A stretch of 62,294 nucleotides of DNA, the filler included, from Trypethelium eluteriae (taxonomy: Eukaryota): assembly GCA_051942245.1 (NCBI GenBank). It is 3 parts of 3 records of this genome, joined end to end, with 100 filler letters (N's around TTAATTAATTAA, not from the genome) between each part and the next. Parts side by side here need not be neighbours in the genome. Positions count along the whole stretch, not along the records: positions 1 to 20,713 come from JAVECL010000489.1; positions 20,814 to 41,524 come from JAVECL010000490.1; 1 more part is not named here. One strand, given 5' to 3'. The translations under genes were made by a program, and so were the position numbers. Below are positions 12,552-22,916 of the stretch, one piece after another (the stretch's first letter is position 1; each line of letters begins with the position of its first letter). The notes under the pieces are model-generated. The model had not been told where the DNA came from and ran no database searches. It saw nothing but the letters and a program-made list of their open reading frames with translations.

Positions 12552-13576
12552 ATGCAAAGGCACGACAGACATCCAGGCTATGCATATGCATACGCAACAA
12601 CACCTACCGCGCACAAATATTCAAGTAGCCATGCCACCAGCAGTGCTTTCAGTGCCAGTGCAAATCCAAATGAAGACTGGACCAAAATTTCAGATCTTGC
12701 TGAGAGGAGGAGAATACAGAACCGCATTGCCCAACGCAACTATCGTAAGTGAAAATGAAGAAATTGAACCATCTCGAAGGATCCAGTCTAATGTGAAACT
12801 CCTCCTAGGCAAGAAATTAAAAAAGAGGCTTGAAGACCTCGAGCGAAGGGCCGCCTCCAATTCCGCTTCTCCCGAGCAGCATCCTCAGGAGCTCGACCAT
12901 TCCGTTCCAATTAAACAGGAAGATGTTCCAGCCCTGAAGCAAGAGCCAGACAGTCGGGAAACCGCCAGATATCTCAGCCGGAGGAGTCCGGATCTGATGC
13001 AAAGCCAGTACGGCCATGGACACGAAGAACGAGGCATGTTCTCTCATCAGTATACGCGTCAACTCTCGACATCTCCGCCACCTTTTTCGTATTCCTCATA
13101 TTCGTCCTCGAACGAGTCTGGATACTCCTCTTATCCTCCACATTCAGGATACCACCACGTGCCGCTCAGTTCCGCCGAGATGCCGGTGTATACTCCGTAT
13201 CTTCCGCCAATTCCACCTCACTACTCGACGGGTCTGCCCAGCATGATGCCAGCCAAGCCAGAATACTACGGTGACGATGAGATCAATCCTTTCAGCATGA
13301 GCTACGCATCCATGGCTGGCATCGATATACCCGCGCAACAACAATATCAGGACTCAAATGCTCATGTAATACACCCTCACAATCGCTATCAGCTCGCATG
13401 ATTCTGCAAGCGCTTTCTCTTGATACGCAGCAGTCGCTGACGGCACACTCTTCTCTCAGACACCACCCCTTTCTGAGTGCCTCGATCAGTCATGCGCTGG
13501 TTCTCCAGCAGACTCTGGCGCATATCCATCGACCCCAGCTTCGTTACCGGGTACACCACCCTTGAGAATGATTTGA
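12552..13576 (+). CDS. bZIP transcription factor (probably the Ada1-like filamentous-fungal family)
   Basis: EDWTKISDLAERRRIQNRIAQRNYR|KKLKKRLEDLE basic region and zipper. Introns 12745-12808 and 13366-13459. Ser/Pro/Tyr-rich C-terminus; TGA at 13574-13576. Confidence 0.9.
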
Positions 13577-14598
13577 GAAGAGCGGTGCCGTTTACTTTCT
13601 CATTCTTTTGAAGACACTTTTTTCTAAATTCTACTTGAGCCGGGATGAGTTGATGAGTCCCGGTGGCTTTCTTCAACGAGGACACCATTTCATACGAGAC
13701 GGACACTCGTTCATTTTTCGCCGCTTATTTTTGCATAGCGGGCCCTTTTTTTTTTTTTCTCTTCTTTATTGGGATGGGCATAGCATGGGAGTTTCAAGGA
13801 GGGGCCAATACGAGAAATGGAAATGAGCTTTCAAAGCATTTTTTTGGGGGCCACAATATCCTTGGTCTTGGCCAAGAGCTGAAGAAGGGGAAAGCGGGAG
13901 CAATCGGAAAACAATCGTTTTTTTGGCCGCCATTCGCGATGCCTGGTTTTGTACGTAGTTACGTGTATGCCTTGAAGGGCTTTCTCTAGATCAGCTTTTC
14001 TTTTCTCCACAAGAGAGGAGTGTTGCTAAGGCTTGGAATCTGATTTGGTGCCACAATCGTGTCTTGTTCTCGTAATCGCGCGTGCTATGCCACCCACCCA
14101 AGGATTCGAAGGACGGCTGAGATCGGCGTGGCTTGCGTGAACCACGCGGAGCTGCACCTGTGCGCAAGAACCCTTGGTGCCTAGAAGAACGAGGCTGGCC
14201 CAAGCGTTGAGGAAATCTAGGTCATTTGCACATGATATGATGATGTTTCAGTGCCCCTTTTGCTGTTTCTGAAGCGGATTCCAGGGTGGACCGCTCAGCT
14301 CCGAAAGTGGTCAGTTTCACGATCAAGCGTCGTTACAAGGTTCATCGTAGTACCCCAACAAGACCAGCTCAAGACCTAAAAGGCAGTATTTCGCGATGTC
14401 TGTCTCTCTCTGAGACTCTGGCTTGCGTGTCTCGTGCCGCAGCGAATGGTGGCGCTGGGTTAGTGCAGTTGTAGTGAAAGTGGAGTGCGGGTGGCCCTGG
14501 CGTCGTTTCCACCCATGTGGCATATGGTTGATGTCATGGTGAACGGGGCTTGCATCAATGCTCTCGCCCGGTGCATCCTTGGATGAACGAGGTTTATT

Positions 14599-15677
14599 AT
14601 GCGACAGCCACAAAGTTGGAGGCAGAAAATGTTCCTTTTTGGAGGTGACGTGTCTGTTCCAACGACGTTCATGGTTTGGAGATGAAATCGGCTGATGCTT
14701 TGCAGAGCATGGTCCCCAGTGGATTGGACTGCCAGCGACGATAGAGTCCGTGGCGGCAAGTCACAGGTCAGTCATCTACATTCTGAGAGCGCCGTACATT
14801 TGTATCGCAGAGTGCCAATACTGGGTTGCGTTGTGTAGTCTTTCTTTGAATGCAATGCATTCGAGCCTATTGCGCGGTTTCACGGAGAGCTTGATGTCAA
14901 AACACTTGGAGGAGCGGGTTTTGCCAGCCAACGAACTACCGGGGAGAATCGTTCATGGGATCTTTCGGACTACAAAGGAATCCAAATTGAGATTGGCAAG
15001 TCTGATTGTAAGATATCATTCACTTCCAGTAACAAGAACTTAAACATCTAACAGCTGAAAAGCCAAGAGGTATACGCTCATCTTGAAGGATGAACTACTT
15101 CCGAAGAACCCAGAAAATGGAAGAGAACAGTCTACAGTTTCGTACGAGTACGACTTCAGGCTGCAGTCGAAGAGCAGCAGCGGCGATAGCAAGAAGACCA
15201 TTTTCGTCCCTTTTACCGCCTTGAAACCAACATATCGTGGCCGTGAGAAGAAAGATGCTGCTCCAGTGAACTTGAAGTCCGTGAAGCGCTTAAGCATTAT
15301 GATGCGAAGGCGAGTGCTTCTCTAAGGACAATTCCAAAGCACGTGATTGACGTCTTGACAGTTTCTTTGGAGACCAAGAAGGCTCATTTTCTCTCTCCGT
15401 TAGGTCAATTTCTGCCGTCAAAGAGTTGCCGCAAGAAAAATTCGAGGATCTATCCTCCCATTCGCCGGATCTTGAAGCAGAGGTGCGTCTCAGCTTGTTT
15501 TTTGTTTTCGGATGCTAACTAAAAGGGAAGAAACTGCGACGGGATGATGAAAAGGATAGACCCATTTCCAAGCGGCTACATGCTTCTAGAAGATATTTTG
15601 CTTTTCTCCTGGTAGCAGCCGGCGGGCTATTTTACACCATTTACCGAGCATATCCAATGATAATTAGTCGACTATAG
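14599..15677 (+). CDS. CIA30 (complex I intermediate-associated protein 30)-domain protein, possibly with a C-terminal transmembrane tail
   Basis: Multi-exon: LFGG, WTASDDRVRGGKSQ, FHGELDVKTLGGAGFASQRT, WDLSDY, KRYTLILKD, PTYRGR, SIMMRSFFGDQEGSFSL. One intron (15310-15361) has a GC donor. The boundary of the last exon is uncertain. Confidence 0.85.
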
Positions 15678-16534
15678 GGAATAACTAATCATTTTGTCGG
15701 TCGTCCTTCACGGAGTAGCTTTGCCTCAGAATTCGATCCAGACCTGATTACGGACATGATGAAATCCTATCGCCGCGTTAAGTGCTGTGACTGTTTACGG
15801 ACTTAGGCGCAATGACGTTTTGAGACTCTGCAGTCTGCACCCATGCTTTAAAGTTTCCTCTAACCTCGCTCCTCGGTAGGTAGCCACCGACTCTCCGTCT
15901 CCACCGTTTCCGTCTCCATGTGCACCGACTGACTGGAATGCCAAGATCAGCCAATCAGAAGGCGTCTCTGGCATCTTCGGTTCTTTGCATTGCAGCGACC
16001 CCAGTCGCATCTCCTGGACTATGAGAGTTTGGGTGGCTTGGGGGTTTGGTTCCCGGCTACTCCGGCACCGACTTCCAGGATGGGGGGCATGTGGATCTCA
16101 GTCGCGCGAACTTTACCTAAGTGTAAGGGTGTGAGGTGAGGTACCTCAGCACCTCATCACCTCAGCATTCCGTTTTGTCTGCAGGTGGCGTTCATTATTT
16201 TTTTGCACAATGTCTTCGCCTTCACAAGTTCGGAAGCCAGTAACGGCGCTTCCGATGGCTTGGAGGCTATCAATTCGCCTTCTCTCACCGTTCTCCAGCC
16301 AACGGTTTTCTTGTCATCAAACCCTCGGCCCTTCTGCAGAGTGCAACGGTCATTGTTGCTAAGTCCGAAGACGTCATTTAGCTCCGCGCCCGTGCATTCC
16401 TTTCAACTACTACTTGAGACGCATCCGAACCCGTCGCAGTTGGCGCCGTCTCGTTTTCGTCTGTTTTCCAAATCATCTGTCATCGAAGGTCATCCGCACT
16501 AGCTGTGCGGCTTGTTAATTCAACTACTGAGGAA

Positions 16535-18581
16535 ATGGCGGATGCGACGGAAAAGGACCCTGAGGCCAACAGCGTCGTGGGGAAGGGTCCAAATTCGGTC
16601 CCCCACTGGAAATTGGTTTTTGAACATGGATTCGTCACTCCTGAGGTTTTGAAATGGTTCGCTCATGGCTCACCAGCATTGGATATCACGTGTGTAGATT
16701 ACTAACAACTGATTCATTAGGCAATACGATGGAGAGGGAACAGAAGAATCGCCGTATGTCGTTACATGGATAGAAAACGACCCTCGGAATCCCATGCTTT
16801 TTTCGCAAATCAAGAAATGGAGTATCACAATGCTTTCCGCATTCGCGACGCTTGCGGTCGCCTTCGTTTCCTCGGCATTTTCGGGGCCTATCCAAGAAAT
16901 AATTCAGACTTTCCATGCCAGTGAAGAGGTGGTTACCTTGGGTATCTCCCTTTTTGTCTTGGGATTCGCTATTGGGCCTCTGTTCTGGGCACCGCTAAGT
17001 GAGCTTTATGGACGACAAATACTATACTTCATCACATACGGCGCACTTACCGCATTCAATGCTGGCGCAGCAGGCGCGCAAAATATGTGGACCTTGATTA
17101 TTTTAAGGTTCTTTGCCGGCTCATTTGGCAGCTCACCTTTGACCAATGCTGGCGGTGTTATTGCAGATATGTTTCCGGCAAAAGAGCGTGGATTGGCGCT
17201 GAGTATCTTTGCTGCTGCGCCGTTCATGGGTCCTGTACTGTAAGTCCTCATACCAGCATGAGTCAGTGAACGAAGCATTACTCACAGTTTCTGCAGGGGC
17301 CCAATCGTGGGTGGATTTTTGGGGGAGACAGAAGGCTGGCGTTGGGTTGAAGGTCTCATGGCTATCTTCACTGGTGTTCTCTGGATTGCTGGGACATTTC
17401 TCATCCCGGAAACGTACGCGCCAGTCCTGCTACGCAAACGCGCGGCCAACCTATCAAAGATGACGGGAAAAGTTTACAGAAGCCGAGGTGATATCGAGCA
17501 GGGTCCCACCACCCTCGGTCATGCTCTGTCGACTGCTCTTATTCGTCCGTGGATATTGTTGCTGCGTGAGCCAATTGTGCTCTTGCTTTCGATTTACATG
17601 GCCATCGTATATGGTACCCTTTACATGTTGTTTGCCGCATTTCCCATTGTCTACCAAGAGCATCGAGGCTGGAGCGAAGGCATCGGCGGTCTGGCTTTCC
17701 TGGGCGTCGCAATTGGTATGATGGGCGCTGTCCTTTACAGCATCTGGGACAACAGACGCTATGTGAAAGTGGTCGATGCACACAACGGTTTTGCGCCTCC
17801 CGAAGCTCGATTACCTGTGGGTATGATTGGGGGTATCGCTGTCCCAATCGGCCTTATCTGGTTCGCATGGACGAATTACCCGAGCATTCACTTCATGGCA
17901 TCGATCGCGGCCGGCGTCCCATTTGGATTCGGCATGGTCCTCGTCTTCCTATCCATCATGAACTATCTAATCGATGCGTATACGATTTTTGCGGCCTCTG
18001 TGCTTGCTGCTAACGCCGTTATCCGATCCATATTCGGTGCCGTATTCCCGCTGTTTACAAGCTATATGTTTCAGAATCTCGGCATTCACTGGGCATCGAT
18101 GATTCCGGCCTTCCTTGCCCTGGCCTGCGTCCCTTTCCCTTTCCTCTTCTACAAATATGGACCTGCTATCCGCAAGCGATGCAAATTCGCTGCCGAAGCG
18201 GACGCCTTCATGCAAAAGATCCGCGACCAGAGCGCCAATGCTGGCCAAAGCAAGGAGCAGGAGGAAGAGAAAGAGCAGGAAGCCCTTGATTACTCCTATG
18301 AAGATGAGAATATACCTGCCGAAGGTTCTGAGAAGGATATCGAGAAGGCGCAGCCATCGAGCAGTGGAGAAGAAGACCGGTCAAAATTCGAGAGGATCAA
18401 GACCGGTGGAAGTGCGAAGAGAGGAAGAACAAATGAGCTTACTCGATACGAAAGCAATCCGTACGACATTGATCGGGTGAATACGAAAGAGAGTTTTGCT
18501 AGAAGTCGAGCTTCTAGTCGAGCAAGTAGGGGAGTAAGAGCTGTGATAAGCAAGCAGTCGCTCAGGAGTCAGGGGGATTGA
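16535..18581 (+). CDS. MFS drug:H+ antiporter (DHA1 family) / polyamine-transporter-like
   Basis: DPRNPM, SLFVLGFAIGPLFWAPLSELYGR, ILRFFAGSFGS, PETYAPVLL and PPEARL motifs; multiple transmembrane segments; two introns (about 16658-16721 and 17241-17297). Confidence 0.93.
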
Positions 18582-19905
18582 AGCGTTGTTGAGCTGAGCG
18601 ATGGTTTTTGGTGATGATACCCGGATGTCCTTTGATTGCCTGGTCACGTCTCCTATTGACACGGCTTTGTAAGGTATTTGAGACGATATCCCTACACTGC
18701 ATAGATGTGAGATGTAATAAGAGGTTGTAATGTCTGTAAATTTAGTTGATAATTCGCATTTTACGTTAGTTGTATACAACCTCCAGAGACTTACAATTTG
18801 GAAAGGGCATATTTTAACATTAAGCAGAAAATGAGGCTAGTTTCAGTAGGGTAGCTTGTCCTAACCACTTCTGGGCCAGCAATCATTCAAAGTGCAGTAA
18901 CGCTTGGGTATGTCTTACCCGCCCTATGAATTTCGACTTGGTCTATCTGAAAGTCCCTGCATTGGTGCCAAGAGAGCGCTACTCGCATAGATCCGCCATA
19001 AACACGATGTGCATAAGCGCGCTTTCATACCAAAGTTATCAATCACTACCGAGCAGGAAGACCGAGCAGGGAAAGGCCCTTGATACTCGAGCAGGAGCGT
19101 CCATTCTTGACTTGCCCAGGTTCCTTTCTCGATCGTTTTCAGAATTGACATTCTCCACTGAAGCATGCCGTAGACATTAAACCCAGGAGGGTGGTGTAAT
19201 GTGCTCAGACCGTCTCGAGATGCTTTACTGTTGATGGCTTGCTGCGGCCGGTTGGAACTGCAGATACGAATGGAAATGTCGAGTCAGGTCGATACTACAG
19301 TATTCTGGCCATGCTGGACTCGAAAGCGGTGAGAAGAAGAGTGGCAGCACCGGCGCGATCTAGAAAGCTTGGAACTGTGCGGTGTGGGAAGCATGCGGGA
19401 TCGTGGCTGGCTGTCAGATAAGGTAAGGTACCTTAGGTAACGATCTCAATTGGTCCCTGCGTCGGAACGTGCCATTTTTAGCTGCGGGATGCTGCAGAGC
19501 AGATCTATGGATGCCCCTGACCGACAATGGCGATCTTCCAGGCTTCTCTTTTTTTGCTGTCTGCACAACGCCTGTGCGCAAGGATGAGACCAACAATATT
19601 CAATCTGATTATAATGCTTTGGTCTACGCACCATCCGCTCCTCGTAGCCGACGCCCATGGCGTCTCAAGGCGCGTCTGCGCCCGAGCGTCTTCCCATCAC
19701 GTCAGCTCTGAGTTTTCAGGGATATCAATTTCTTCTCTTGACCGGTATGTTAGTGTCTGTCTTCGTTTGCCTTCGCACTTTCCTCCTCTGTTCCCATGGG
19801 CCGATTCGCAGCAGCGGTGCGATTCTGCGTTGAGGCCTTCCGTCATCCTTGCTGTCTTTCACTATAAGCTGCTTCAGACAAACAGCATCCAGTAAAGAGA
19901 GGCGG

Positions 19906-20713
19906 ATGGCGGCTGCTTCCCTTCCCACTGAGCTGCTTCAGCTCACGTACGACCTACTCGATCCCCGAGACTTCTACTCCGCGCGTCGCGTGTGCAGATG
20001 GTGGCACCAGGCTTCCAACGATGTTCTTATCCTACGCAAACAATTGGACAATCTGCCCATCATCCAGCCCAATGACTCCAACTTCCGACGAGATCTTGAG
20101 TGGTGCCTTACCATGTTTGATAAGGCTGCTTACGTACACATGATGGGCATGCGATTGGAGAGATATACGGATTTGGACATCGCATATTCGAAAAAAATAA
20201 ACAAATCCAAGTACGCAGTTTCCTCAAACGGCTCTAGAGTAGCAGCTCTGGATAGTGGCCTGTTGACCATCTACGACGCCACGACAGAAAAATGTGAGAT
20301 TATTTGTGAGCAGGCCACAAATAGCAACAAATGGATGTCAGGTCCAGGGCCATGGTTCAAGTCGGCTCCAAACGCAAGTTTTGAGCTCGCCTTGTCCGCA
20401 GACAATTCTCTTGTGGCGGTCGCATTGGAGAGAACCATACAGATCTACCAACTCAGTACCTCAACAGTGGGCCCCCTCTGCAAATGGCTCTCCAATGCCT
20501 GCGGCGACTACGTCGTGGCAGTCGAATTCGCCCACAACGATCGCCTCCTTCGACTCCAACTCAGCAAAGGGCACGTCATCTATCTCGGCCGACCATCCGC
20601 ACCTTCCCACCCCGACACCTTCTCCTACTGGCAATCCGCTATCCACCAAGTCTACCTCGACTCCGCCCACCTCCAAATCCCCGCCCCCAACGCCGAACCG
20701 CACACCCTCCTCC
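19906..20713 (+). CDS. F-box domain protein with a beta-rich (WD/propeller-like) region; 3' end lost in the gap
   Basis: N-terminal SLPTELLQLTYDLLDPRDFYSARRVCRWW matches the F-box pattern. Later segments AVSSNGSRVA, LALSADNSLVAVALERTIQIY and VAVEFAHNDRLL resemble propeller blades. Confidence 0.78.
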
Positions 20714-20813
20714 NNNNNNNNNNNNNNNNNNNNNNNNNNNNNNNNNNNNNNNNNNNNTTAATTAATTAANNNNNNNNNNNNNNNNNNNNNNNNNNNNNNN
20801 NNNNNNNNNNNNN
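20714..20813. other. Assembly gap with a six-frame-stop linker TTAATTAATTAA (20758-20769)
   Basis: N runs flank a palindromic 12-mer that has stops in all six frames; the same construct occurs at 41525-41624. Confidence 0.97.
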
Positions 20814-22522
20814 CCACCAGCACGCTCAAATCCAAATCCAGCCTTCACAACAGCAATAGCAGCAGCGGCAGCGGTGGCATAAAATGGGGCTTCCAATTCA
20901 AGCCCGAGTCACCGCGACTGCGCTGCATCAAGCTGTTCCTCGACCGCAACCAAAAACTACCACACTTCGTGTCGCCGCTGGAGACAGCGGTGCAGCTGCG
21001 GCGGTACGACAAAACGGTGATGGACGCGGTGTCGGACTACCTGACGCAGCTGTACCGGCACACGCTGGACACGCTGACGCGGCGGTACGGCGCCGGCTTC
21101 GTCGAGTCGACGCGTGTCGAGTTCGTGCTGACCGTCCCCGCCGTCTGGAGCGATGCCGCCAAGAATGCGACGCTGCATGCGGCGGAGCGCGCGGGGATGG
21201 GCAGTCGGCATGAGTTGAGGCTGATTAGTGAGCCGGAGGCGGCGGCGGTCTATACGCTCAAGGCGATTCAGCCGAATCATTTGGATGTGGGCGATAATTT
21301 TATTGTGTGTGATGCTGGGGGTGGTACGGTGGATTTGATTGCGTATCGGATTACGCAGTTGACGCCGCTGCGCGTGGAAGAGAGTGCAGTGGGCACAGGG
21401 GGGTTGTGTGGAAGTGCTTTTCTGAATTACCGGTTTGAGGATCATGTCCGGGAAAGACTGGGTGCGGAGAGGTTTGCGCAAATGAGGGAGAAGAAGCCCA
21501 AGTGTTGGATGATGGGATTGCGCTATTTTGAAGAATTCGTTAAGAGGAATTTCTCGATGGAGGAGGGCGGTGGATTGGGCGGTGAGGTCAACGTTCCGTT
21601 TCCAGGCTTGCCAGATGATGAAGAAGCAGGACTGGACTCTGGGTTTTTGGTCATGACGCCCGAGCAAGTCGAGGCCATCTTCGAACCAGTAATCAAGGAG
21701 GTAGAGCGGCTAGTAGAGGGACAAGTCGAAGCTATCAGAGAAAATGGAGGTGTGGTCAAGGGCATCGTGCTCGTGGGTGGTTTCGGACAGAGCAATTATC
21801 TGTACCAGCGGTTAAGAGCGCATTTCAACTCAGCTCCGCCACCGCCATATACAGAGCGTCCCACACATCAAGTAGCCGATGCAGTGGCACATCGGACAGT
21901 CGAGGTAATGCAACCACTGTATGCGTGGACCGCAGTGGTAAGAGGAGCTGTTCTAAGGGGGCTAGAAGGCAGTATGGTGGTCAGTAGAAGGAGCAGGTGG
22001 CATTATGGGACGAGCTATGCGACGGTATTTGATGAGGCCAAGCATCCAGTCGCAGATCGGTACTGGAGTCCGTTGTGGGAAAGATGGATGGTTTCCGATC
22101 GAATGCAGTGGCATATCGCGAAGGTAATAACGATTCTCCTGTTACTTCATGAGACGACCGCTGGAATGAAGGGACTGACCAGACTGTAGGGAACACCTAT
22201 TTCCCCAGACCAACCTATCTCCTTCCATTATACCCGAAATTTCCGGCCGAATCAATCCCTCATCGTTGAGGACGATCTCATTGCATGCGCGGATGATATG
22301 CCTCCCGACGCCTATGCACACGGTCTGATCAACGTTTGCACCCTTACAACCGATCTGAATGCCGTCCCCAAATCATTATTCACTCGTCTGACAACGACCA
22401 AGGGCGTCGAATTCGATAATTTGGACTTTACACTTGACATGAGAATCGAGAGTGCTGGATTAGTCTTTGAATTAAAGGTCGACGGGGTGAGGTATGGGAG
22501 TGTGGAGGCGGAATTTCACTAG
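20814..22522 (+). CDS. HSPA12-like atypical Hsp70 (actin-like ATPase); 5' end lost in the gap
   Basis: KWGFQF, LTVPAVWSDAAK, ISEPEAAA, VCDAGGGTVDL, GGLCGS, LVGGFGQSNYL and AVVRGAVLRG motifs. Intron 22124-22189. The N-terminal D-F-G-T-T phosphate motif is not visible because of the gap. Confidence 0.92.
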
Positions 22523-22916
22523 TGTGCCCCTGCAAGGCACGCTTTTCTAGTTCGCATGGACATAGGCCATTGCTGGAGGCTAAAGACATCTGACCAGGCT
22601 GTCGAAATCGGCATGATGAAGACTAGGAGTTGTATCCGAGCTTGATGTCCGGTTGTTGTACAAGGCTATACCTAAGCATATATCTTTGCTTATCCAACAT
22701 TTCTTGTCACGACATTATTATGAGCACGGGTCGTCAAAGAGGCTATTGGCTCGGTGCTCGGAAAATATTTTGCTTCGAGGAAAGCGGCCAGTTGCGATAC
22801 CCGTCCGCGGCTGTTCTATTTATCATGTTAATAGCTAAAAATTAGTCCTGCTCCGGATCAGCCTTCTTCCAACCTTCGGTCAACGACTTGCTTCTCCCCA
22901 GTGATTCCGTGCCAGG

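Noticed and set aside
20758..20769. Palindrome TTAATTAATTAA (also at 41569-41580)
   Set aside because: It is centred in identical N runs and has stops in all six frames, so it is an artificial scaffolding linker.
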